64,000 bases of DNA. It comes from Squalus acanthias. Lineage: Eukaryota. The position numbers were made by a program, and so were the translations under genes. Positions 1-10,897 of this stretch are shown here, piece after piece. Numbering within the stretch: position 1 is the stretch's first letter; each line of letters begins with the position of its first letter. The notes beneath the pieces were generated by a model that was not told where the DNA came from, did no database searches, and worked only from the letters and a program-made list of their open reading frames with translations. The DNA lies in NCBI GenBank assembly GCA_030390025.1, contig CM059432.1, forward strand, positions 134,170,001-134,234,000. The letters run 5' to 3'.

Positions 1-1363
1 GCATATCTGTGTTAAATAACCATGCTGTATATCTGTGTTAAATAACCGTGCTGTATATCTGTGTTAATTACCCATGATGTATATCTGTGTGAAATACACA
101 TGCTGTATATCTGTGTTAAATGCATTTGTTCTTCATCTGTGTTAAATAACCATGCTGTATATCTGTGTTAAATAGACTTGCTGTATATCTGTTTTAAATA
201 CCCATGTTGCATATCTGTGTTAAATAAACTTGTTGCATATCTATGTTAAATAACCTTGTTGTATATCAGCGTTCAATACCCATGCAGTATTTCTGTGTTA
301 AATGCATTTGCTGTATATCTGTGTTAAATACCCATGTTGTATACCTGTGTTAAATGCACTTGTTATATATCTCTGTTAAATAACCTTGCTGCAGATCTGT
401 GTTAAATCCCCATGCTGTATATCTGTGTTATATACCCATGTTGTATATCTGTGTTAAATACCCATGTTGTATATCTGTGTTAAATACCCATGTTGTATAT
501 ATGTGTTAAATAAACTTGTTGCATATCTGTGTTAAATAACCATGCTGTATATCTGTGTTAAATAACCATGCTGTATATCTGTGTTAATTACCCATGATGT
601 ACATCTGTGTTAAATACACATGCCGTATTTCTGTGTTAAATGCATTTGTTCTTCATCTGTGTTAAATACCCATGTTGTATATCTGTGTTAAATAACCATG
701 CTGTATATCCGTGTTAAATAGACTTGCTGTATATCTGTGTTAAATAGCCATGTTGTATATCTGTGTTAAATAAACTTGTTGCATATCTGTGTTAAATAAC
801 CTTGTTGTATATCTGTGTTCAATACCCACGCAGTATTTCTGTGTTAAATGCACCAGTTGTATATCTGTGCTAAATACCCATGTTGTATATCTGTGTTAAA
901 TACACTTGTTTTATATCTGTGTTAAATACACGTGTTGTATATCTGTGTTAAATGCACTTGCTGTATATTTGTGTGAAATTCCCATGTTGTATATCTGTGT
1001 TAAATACCCATGCAGTATACCTGTGTTAAATAGCCATGCTGTATATCTGTGTTAAATATACTTGCTATATATCTGTGTTAAATGCACTTGTTGTATATCT
1101 GTGTTAAATACACGTGTTGTATGTCTGTGTTAAATACCCAATTTGTATATCTGTGTGAAATACCCATGCTGTATATCTGTATTAATTATCCATGTTGAAT
1201 AGTTGTATTAAATACCCATGATGTATATCTATGTTAAATGTAATTGCTGTATATCTGTGTTAAATACCCATGCTCTATATCTGTGTTAAATGCATTTGTT
1301 CTTCATCTGTGTTAAATACCTATGTTGTATATCTGTGTTAAATAACCATGCTGTACATCTGTG

Positions 1364-1563
1364 GGGTTATGGGGATAGGATGGGATATGTTAGGGGGAAT
1401 TAAATACGTGGGGTTATGGGGGTAGGGTGGGATATATGTACTGTGGGGATTAAAGCAGGGACAGGGTACTGGATTTGAATGATCAGCCATGATCGTATTG
1501 AATGGTGGAGCAGGCTCGACGGGCCGAATGGCCTACTCCTGCTCCTAGATTCTATGTCTATGT
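1364..1563 (+). mobile_element. 5'-truncated CR1 LINE 3' end (HE1/HER1-like tail)
   Basis: GATCAGCCATGATC...GAATGGTGGAGCAGGCTCGACGGGCCGAATGGCCTACTCCTGCTCCTA followed by a TCTATG repeat matches the reverse complement of the CR1 tails at 7165 and 57967; the satellite resumes in phase (GTG|TTAAATA). Confidence 0.85.
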
Positions 1564-2538
1564 TTAAATAACCTTGTTGTATATCTGTGTTAAATACCCA
1601 TGTTGTATATCTGTGTTAAATACCCATGTTGTATATCTGTGCTAAATAAACTTGTTGCATATCTGTGTTAAATACCCATGTTGTATATCTGTGTTAAATA
1701 AACTTGTTGCATATCGGTGTTATATAACCTTGTTGTATATCTGTGTTAAATAAACTTGCTGTATATCTGTGTTAAATAACCTTGTTGTATATCTGTGTTA
1801 AATAACCATGCTGTATATCTGTGTTAAATAAACTTGTTATATATCTGTGTTAAATAACCTTGTTGTATATCTGTGTTAAATGCATTTGTTCTTCACCTGT
1901 GTTAAATACCCATGTTGTATATCTGTGTTAAATAACCATGCTGTATATCTGTGTTAAATACCCATGCCGTATTTCTGTGTGAAATGCATTTGTTCTTCAT
2001 CTGTGTTAAATACCCATGTTGTATATCTGTGTTAAATACCCATGATGTATATCTGTGTTAAAATACACATGCCATATTTCTGTGTTAAATAGATTTGCTG
2101 TATAACTGTGTTAAATACCCATGTTGTATAATTGTGTTAAATAAACTTGTTGCATATCTGTGTTAAATAACCTTGTTGTATATCTGCGTTCAATGCCCAC
2201 GCAGTATTTCTGTGTTAAATGCATTTGCTGTATATCTGTGTTAAATACCCATGCTGCAGATCTGTGTTACATCCCCATGCTGTATATCTGTGTTAAATAC
2301 CCATGTTGTATATCTGTGTTAAATTCCCATGTTGTATATCTGTGTTAAATAAACTTGTTGTATATCTGTGTTAAATACACGTGTTGTATGTCTGTGTTAA
2401 ATACCCATGCCGTATTTCTGTGTGAAATGCATTTGTTCTTCATCTGTGTTAAATACCCATGTTGTATATCTGTGTTAAATTCCCATGTTGTATATCTGTG
2501 TTAAATAAACTTGTTGCATATCTGTGTTAAAAAACCAT

Positions 2539-3431
2539 GGGGTAGAAATTAGGTCGCGCCCCATTTGGGGCGCAAATATCGTCTGGACGCAAATATTAGC
2601 GCCTGGCGCTAATTATCGGCACTGACTGGAAACTTCACTTTTACCGCCCCGGGAGGTGAGTGGAGCGCTAAAGCAGGCGCTGCACACCTGTCTTAAGGCG
2701 CAAAGGCTGAGCAGTGAGGCGCTAACTCAGAACGCTGGCGAAGCTCATGTAATGTCAGTCAGCAATGGAACACACACACAATGGCACGGGCCAGTTCTTA
2801 AAGGGGATGGTTAATCTTGCTTTCCATCCACATCCTGTTCATTGCAGCCTTGAATCTCGGCCTGGAGAGACTTGCACATCAAATGTGCTGGAAAGAACAA
2901 TGGAGAGTACCAGGCAAAGAGCTCAGAGTGCAGCTCCCACAGTCTCTGCTAAATCGATACAAGGAATGGCAAATCAAAATGAACCTGCAAAGTGCTGCTC
3001 AGTACCCAAAACTCCTTCACACAACGTTGAATCTCTCAAGAAGTCTCTCCCTCTCTCTCTCAGAATGCGTAGTTCAAAAATGCCACCAACAATAAAAGAC
3101 AGGAAGAGGCCCCCTTTAAATAGCGCCACCCCCAGCCCCACAGCGATTGATAGCGTTCCAGTCTTCTGGTCGTTGGATGCGCCAGGCGGTAAGGCAGGGG
3201 GCGCCACTCAATTTCCGCTCCGGGGCGCCACAAGGGCGTTGCACCATGGAATGATGTCACAATCTGCGCGCGCAGGTGGTCGCAGCGGTAAGTTTTAGCG
3301 CCGCCGCACAATCTCAAGTTAAGTTCTCGAGCGGCGCAAACATCGCTGCGCCCGGGCGTTAGCGGCTTTGCGCCCCATTAGCGCCCTCTTAAGGCGCTAA
3401 CGGGAGGCGCAACCAACTGAATTTTTACCCC
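2539..3431. mobile_element. Non-autonomous PIF/Harbinger-like MITE (893 bp)
   Basis: TIRs GGGGTAGAAATT / AATTTTTACCCC (11/12 match), CAT on both flanks (candidate 3-bp TSD), GC-rich subterminal GGCGC(T/A)AA motifs, no transposase ORF. Superfamily inferred from the TIR/TSD style. Confidence 0.75.
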
Positions 3432-4493
3432 CATATCTTTGTTAAATGTGCTTGTTCTATTTCTGTGTTAAATAACCATGTTGTATACCTGTGTTAAATG
3501 CACTTTTTGTATATCTGTGTTAAATACCCATGTTATATATCAGTGTTAAATGCACTTGTTATATATCTGTGTTAAATACCCATACTGTATATCTGTGTTC
3601 AATGCATTTGCACTATATCTGTGTGAAATACCCATGTTGTATATCTTTGTTAAATACCCATGCTGCAGATCTGTGTTAAATACCCATGCTGTATATCTGT
3701 ATTAAATACCCATGTTGTATATCTGTGTTAAATACCCATGCTGCATATCTGTGTTAAAGACCCATGCTGTATATCTGTGTGAAATACCCATGCTGCATAT
3801 CTGTGTTAAAGACCCATGCTGTATATCTGTATTAAATGCTCTTGTTGTATATCAGTGTAAAAAAGCCATGCTGTATATCTGTGTTAAATGCACTTGCAGT
3901 ATATCTGTGTTAAATACCCATGCTCTATATCTGTGTTAAATGCACTTTTTCTATATTTGTGTTAAATACCCATGCTGTATATCTGTGTTAGATTAAATTG
4001 GTCTATATCTGTGTCAAATACCCATGTTGTATATCTGTGTTAAATGCATTTGTTCTTCATCTGTGTTAAATACCTATGTTGTATATTTGTGTTAAATACC
4101 CATGTTGTATATCTGTGTTAAATAAACTTGTTGCATATCTGTGTTAAATAACCATGCTGTATATCTGTGTTAAATAAACTTGTTGTATATCTGTGTTAAA
4201 TAACCTTGTTGTATATCTGTGTTAAATACGCATGTTGTATGTCTGTGTTAAATAAACTTGTTGTATATCTGTGTTAAATAACCTTGTTGTATATCTGTGT
4301 TAAATACGCATGTTGTATGTCTGTGTTAAATAAACTTGTTGCATATCGGTGTTAAATAACCTTGTTGTATATCTGTGTTAATAACCATGCTGTATATCTG
4401 TGTTAAATAAACTTGTTGTATATCTGTGTTAAATAACCTTGTTGTATATCTGTGTTAAATATCCATGTTGTATATCTGTGTTAAATAAACTTG

Positions 4494-4583
4494 AGAGGTC
4501 GCACAACACCAGGTTATAGTCCAACAGTTTTATTTGAAATCACAAGCTTTCGGAGCTATCGATTGCTCCTTCCTCAGGTGAAG
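4494..4583 (-). mobile_element. 90-bp solo Penelope pLTR fragment containing a hammerhead ribozyme
   Basis: Reverse complement aligns to 36001-36087 of the Penelope 3' repeat; flanked by the 12-bp direct repeat TAAATAAACTTG (4482-4493, 4584-4595). Confidence 0.88.
4540..4581 (-). ncRNA. Minimal type I hammerhead ribozyme (PLE-type)
   Basis: Minus strand reads UCAC-CUGAGGA-A-GGAGC-AAUCGAUA-GCUCC-GAAA-GC-UU-GUGA: CUGANGA/GAAA core, 5-bp stem II, stem I UCAC/GUGA, palindromic AAGCUU stem III. Confidence 0.8.
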
Positions 4584-7263
4584 TAAATAAACTTGTTGTG
4601 TATCTGTGTTAAATACCCATGTTGTATATCTGTGTTAAATAACCAAGTTGTATATCTGTGTTAAATAACCTTGTTGTTTATCTGTGTTAAATACCCATTT
4701 TTTATATCTGTGTTAAATACCCATGTTGCAGATCTGTGTTAAATCCCCATGTTGTATATCTGTGATTAACAAAATTGTTGCATATCTGTGTTAAATAACC
4801 ATGCTGTAGATCTGTGTTAAATAAACTTGTTGTATATCTGTGTTAAATACCCATGTTGTATATCTGTGTTAAATAAAATTGTTGCATATCTTTGTTAAAT
4901 ACCCATGTTGTATATCTGCGTTCAATACCCACGCAGTATTTCTGTGTTAAATGCATTTGCTGTATATCTGTGATAAATACCCATGTTGTATACCTGTTTT
5001 AAATGCATTTGTTCTTCATCTGTGTTAAATACCCATGTTGTATATCTTTGTTAAATAACCATGCTGTATATCTGTGTTAAATAGACTTGCTGTATATCTG
5101 TGTTAAATACCCATGTTGCATATCTGTGTTAAATAAAATTGTTGCATATCTTTGTTAAATAACCTTGTTGTATAGCTGCGTTCAATACCCATGCAGTATT
5201 TCTGTGTTAAATGCATTTGCTGTATATCTGTGTTAAATACCCATGTTGTATACCTGTGTTAAATGCACTTGTTATATATCTGTGTTAAATACCCTTGCTG
5301 CAGATCTGTGTTAAATCCCCATGCTGTATATCTGTGTTAAATACCCATGTTGCATATCTGTGTTAAATAAAATTGTTGCATATCTGTGTTAAATAACCAT
5401 GCTGTATATCTGTGTTAAATAACCATGCTGTATATCTGTGTTAATTACCCATGATGTATATCTGTGTGAAATACACATGCTGTATATCTGTGTTAAATGC
5501 ATTTGTTCTTCATCTGTGTTAAATACCCATGTTGTATCTCTGTGTTAAATAACCATGCTGTATATCTGTGTTAAATAGACTTGCTGTATATCTGTGTTAA
5601 ATACCCATGTTGTATACCTGTTTGAAATGCATTTGTCCTTCATCTGTGTTAAATACCCATGTTGTATATCTGTGTTAAATAATCATGCTGTATATCTGTG
5701 TTAAATAGACTTGCTGTATATCTGTGTTAAATAGATTTGCTGTATATCTGTGTTAAATACCCATGTTGTATATCTGTATTAAATAAACTTGCTGTATATC
5801 TGTGTTAAATACCCATGTTGTGTACCTGTTTGAAATGCATTTGTTCTTCATCTGTGTTAAATACCCATGTTGTATATCTGTGTTAAATACCCATGTTGTA
5901 TATCTGTGTTAAATAACCATGCTGTATATCTGTGTTAAATAGATTTGCTGTATATCTGTGTTAAATACCCATGTTGTATATCTGTGTTAAATAAACTTGT
6001 TGCATATCTGTGTTAAATAACCTTGTTGTATATCTGCGTTCAATGCCCACGCAGTATTTCTGTGTTAAATGCATTTGCTGTATATCTGTGTTAAATACCC
6101 ATGTTGTATACCTGTGTGAAATGCACTTGTTATATATCTGTGTTAAATACCCATGCTGCAGATCTGTGTTACATCCCCATATTGTATATCTGTGTTAAAT
6201 ACCCATGTTGTATATCTGTGTTAAATTCCCATGTTGTATATCTGTGTTAAATACACGTGTTGTATATCTGTGTTTAATGCACTTGCTGTATATTTGTGTG
6301 AAATACCCATGTTGTATATCTGTGTTAAATACCCATGCAGTATACCTGTGTTAAATAGCCATGCTGTATATCTGTGTTAAATATACTTGCTGTATATCTG
6401 TGTTAAATGCACTTGTTGTATATCTGTGTTAAATACACGTGTTGTATGTCTGTGTTAAATACCCAATTTGTATATCTGTGTGAAATACCCATGCTGTATA
6501 TCTGTATTAATTACCCATGTTGAATAGTTGTATTAAATACCCATGATGTATATCTATGTTAAATGTAATTGCTGTATATCTGTGGTAAATACCCATGCTC
6601 TATATCTGTGTTAAATGCAATTTTTCTATATTTGTGTTAAATACCCATGCTGTATATCTGTGTTAGATTAAATTGGTCTATATCTGTGTCAAATACCCAT
6701 GTTGTATATCTGTGTTAAATGCAATTGCTGTATATCTATGTTAAATACCCATGCCGTATTTCTGTGTTAAATGCATTTGTTCTTCATCTGTGTTAAATAC
6801 CTATGTTGTATATCTGTGTTAAATAACCATGCTGTACATCTGTGTTAAATAGACTTGCTGTATATCTGTGTTAAATACCCATGTTGTATATCTGTGTTAA
6901 ATACCCATGTTGTATATCTGTGCTAAATAAACTTGTTGCATATCTGTGTTAAATAAACTTGTTGTATATCTGAGTTAAATGCATTGTTGTATATCTTTGT
7001 TAAATACACATGTTGTATATCTGAGTTAAATACACATGCTCTATATTTGTGTTAAATAAACTTGCTGTATATTTGGGTTAAATACCCATGTTATAGAACT
7101 ATGTTCAATACCCATGTTGTATAACTGTGTCAAATATACTTCTGTATATCTGTGTTGAATACACATAGAAACATAGAAACATAGAAGATAGGAGCAGGAG
7201 TAGGCCATTCGGCCCCTCGAGCCTGCTCCGCCATTCGATGAGATCATGGCTGATCATCCAAAC

Positions 7264-10070
7264 TCAGTACCCTGTACCTGCCTTCTCCCCATATCCCTTG
7301 ATACCTTTAGCTTTAAGAAATATATCTAACTCATTCTTGAATATATTTAATGACTTGGCCTCAACTACCTTCTGTGGTAGAGAATTCCACAGGTTCACCA
7401 CTCTCTGGGTGAAGAAATTCCTCCTCATTTCTGTCCTAAATGGCTTGCCCGTTATCCTGAGATTATGACCCCTGGTTCTGGACTCTCCGACCATCGGGAA
7501 CATTCTTCCTGCATCTAGTTTGTCCAGACCTGTCAGAATTTTATATGTTTCGATGAGATCCCCTCTCATTCTTCTATACTCCAGCGAGTATAAGCCCAAT
7601 CGACCCAATCTCTCCTCATATGTCATTCCTGCCATCCCAGGTATCAGCCTTGTGAATCTTCGCTGAACTCCTTCCATGGCAAGAACATCCTTCCTCAGAT
7701 AAGGCGACCAAAACTGCACACAGTACTCAAGGTGTGGTCTCACCAAGGCCCTGTACAACTGCAGCAGGACATCCCTGTTCCTATACTCAAACCCTTTCGC
7801 TATGAAGGCCAACATACCATTTGCCTTCTTCACCGCCTGCTGCACCTGCATGCTTACTTTCAGCGACTGGTGCACAAGGACACCTAGGTCTCGTTGCACT
7901 TCCCCTTCTCCCAATCTATTGCCATTCAGATAATAGTCTGCCTTTCTGTTTTTGACACCAAAGTGGATAACCTCGCACTTATCCACGTTATATTGCATCT
8001 GCCACGCTTCTGCCCACTCACCCAACCTGTCCAAATCATCCTGGAGTTTCTCGGTATCCTCCTCGCAGCACACACTCCCACCCAGCTTTGTGTCATCTGC
8101 AAACTTGGAGATATTACATTTAGTTCCCTTATCTAGATCATTAATGTATATTGTGAATAGCTGGGGTCCAAGGACCGATCCCTGCGGTACCCCCACTAGT
8201 CACTGCTTGCCACTCGGAAAAAGACCCATTAATTCCTACTCTCTGCTTTCTGTCCGCCAACCAGTTCTCTATCCAAGTCAATACCTTGCCCCCAATCCCA
8301 TGTGCCTTAACTTTACACGCTAATCTCTTATGCGGGACCTTATCGAAAGCCTTTTGAAAGTCCAAATACACCACATCTACTGGTTCTTCCTTATCTATTT
8401 TCTCAGTTACATCCTCAAAAAATTCCAGTAGATTAGTCAAGCACGATTTACCTTTTGTAAATCCATGTTGACTTTGTCCGATCCTGGCACTGTTTTTCAA
8501 GTGCTCAGCTATTACATCCTTTATAATGGACTCTAGCATTTTCCCCAATACCGACATCAGGCTTACCGGTCTGTAATTCTCTGCTTTCTCTCTACCACCC
8601 TTTTTGAATAGTGGGGTAACATTGGCTACCCTCCAATCCATGGGTACAGTTCCAGATTCCATCGAATGTTGGAAGATGATCAGCAATGCATCTACTATTT
8701 CTAGGGCCACTTCCTTAAGTACCCTAGGATGTAGATGATCAGGCCCTGGGGATTTATCGGCCTTCAATCCCGCCAATTTCCCTAACACCATTTCCCTGCA
8801 AATACTGATTTCTTTCAGTTCCTCCCTTTCATCAGACCGTATGTTCTCCAACATCTCTGGGAGGTTATATGTGTCCTCCTTTGTGAAGACAGAACCAAAA
8901 TATGCATTTAATTGGTCGGCCATTTCTTTGTTCCCCATTATAACTTCCCCCGCTTCTGACTGCAAGGGACCTACACTTGATTTCACTAATCTTTTTCTCT
9001 TCACATATCTATAAAAGCTCTTACAGTCAGTTTTTATGTTCCCAGCAAGCTTCCTTTCATATTCTATTTTCCCCTTCTTAATTAATCCCTTTGTCCTCCT
9101 TTGTTGAATCCTAAACTGCTCCCAATCCTCAGGGCTACCGCTTTTTCTGGCCAATTTATATGCCCTCTCCTTGGATCTTATGCTATCCCTAATTTCCCTT
9201 GTTAGCCACGGTTGAGTCACCCTTTTTGTTTTATTCTTATGCCACACTGGGATGAACAAATTCTGTAGTTCATCCATGCAGTCTTTGAATGTTTGCCATT
9301 GCCTATCCACCGTCAACCCCTTGAGTGACATTCCCCAATCAATCCTACCCAATTCGCGCCTCATACCATCGTAGTTTCCTTTATTTAAATTCAGGACCCT
9401 AGTCTCTGATTCAACTACTTCACTCTCCATCCTAATGAAGAATTCTATCATATTATGATCACTCTGACCCAAGGGGCCTCGTACAACAAGATTGCTAATT
9501 AATCCTTTCTCGTTACATAATACCCAGTCTAAGATGACCTGATCTCTGGTTGGTTCCTTGACATATTGTTCCAGAAAACCATCTCGTAAACATTCTAGGA
9601 ATTCCTCCTCCACAGTATTTTTACTAATTTGGTTAGCCCAATCTATATGTAAATTAAAGTCACCCATGATGACTGCTGTGCCCTTACTGCATGCTTCTCT
9701 AATTTCCCTTTTAATGCCGTCCCCAACCTCCGTATTACTGTTTGGAGGTCTATATACCACTCCCATTAATGTTTTCTGCCCCTTGTTATTTCTCAGTTCT
9801 ACCCATACAGATTCCGCATCATCAGAGCTAATATCCTTCCTTTCAATTGTGTTAATCCCCTCTTTAACCAGCAATGCTACCCCACCTCCCTTTCTTTTTT
9901 GCCTATCTTTCCTAAATATTGAATAACCCTGGATGTTGAGTTCCCAGCATTGGCCACCCTGGAGCCATGTTTCTGTAATCCCAATCAAATCGTATTAATT
10001 TACCTCTATTTGCGCAGCTAATTCATCCACCTTGTTCGGAATGCTCCTTGCATTAAGACAAAGCCTTCAG
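7264..10070 (-). pseudogene. CR1 ORF2 (apurinic-like endonuclease + reverse transcriptase), disrupted
   Basis: Endonuclease motifs LNARS, GITETW, VYRPP, GDFN, SDH; RT motifs YRPVSL, QHGF, LDFQKAFD, GVPQGSVLGP, FADD. Lesions: frameshift near 10061, TAA at 9995-9997, +1 base in the C run 8190-8194. Confidence 0.93.
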
Positions 10071-10246
10071 GCTTGTTTTTTTAACGCTCTCAGACCTATA
10101 TGAATTATTATTTACTGTGACCATGTTTGATTTAAACCGTTAAGTTCTTTGCCTTCTACTTTTGTTTTTCTCCTTCCTGTCTTTAGCTTTTATCCTTGTT
10201 TCCCTTTCCTCTGTCTCCCTGCTCAGGTTCCCAACCCCCTGCCACT

Positions 10247-10897
10247 TTAGTTTAAACCCTCCCCAACAGCACTAGCAAACACTCCCCCTAGGACATCGGT
10301 CCCGGCCCTGCCCAGGTGCAGACCGTCCCGTTTGTACTGGTCCCACGTCCCCCAGAACCGGTTCCAATGTCCAAGGAATTTGAATCCCTCCCCCTTGCAC
10401 CATTCCTCTAGCCACGTATTCATTTGAAATATCCTCCTATTCCTACTCTGACTAGCACGTGGCACTGGTAGCAATGCTAAGATTACTACCTTTGAGGTCC
10501 TCTTTTTTAATTTACCTCCTAACTCCCTATATTCTGCTTTTAGGACCTCATCCCGTTTTTTACCTATATCGTTGATGCCTATGTGCACCATGACAACTGG
10601 CTGCTCGCCCTCCCCCTCCAAAATGTTCTGTAGCCGCTCCGAGACGTCCTTGACCCTTGCACCAGGGAGGCAACACACCATCCTGGAGTCTCAATTGCGG
10701 CCGCAGAAACGCCTATCTATTTCCCTTACAATTGAATCCCCTATCACTATAGCTCTTCCACACTTTTTCCTCCCAACCTGTGCAGCAGAGCCACCCATGG
10801 TGCCAGGAAGTTGGCTGCTGCCACCTTCCGCTGATAAGTCATCCCCCCCAACAGCATCCAAAGAGGTATATCTGTTTGAGAGGATTGCTACCAGTGC
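10247..10897 (-). pseudogene. CR1 ORF1 C-terminal SGNH/GDSL esterase domain with one in-frame stop
   Basis: IVIGDSIVR (block I), CLPGARV, HIGIND, DGLHL (DxxH). The two track ORFs are in frame, separated by TGA at 10691-10693 (RN*DSRMV; likely CGA>TGA). Confidence 0.88.

Larger units (their letters stand above)
1..7164 (+). repeat. 26-bp tandem satellite, proximal block (CCCATG/ACCATG/AACTTG-rich variants), interrupted by three small insertions
   Basis: ATATCTGTGTTAA recurs every 26 bp (e.g. 3, 29, 55); head-to-tail in one orientation. Insertions at 1364-1563, 2539-3431 and 4494-4583. Confidence 0.97.
7165..10897 (-). mobile_element. CR1-clade LINE, 5'-truncated within ORF1, inactivated
   Basis: ORF1 esterase + ORF2 APE/RT; 3' tail (TTTCTATG)n at 7165-7186; candidate 3-bp TSD CAC (7162-7164 / 10898-10900), judged against the paralogous empty site near 11231 (AAATACACGTGTTG). 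Confidence 0.95.

Noticed and set aside
2765..3317. ORFs inside the 893-bp MITE
   Set aside because: No recognisable domain; overlapping open frames in GC-rich non-coding sequence.
7041..7247. MISSNGGAGSRGRMAYSCSY ORF (also at 60344)
   Set aside because: Translation of the CR1 3' UTR tail, not a gene.
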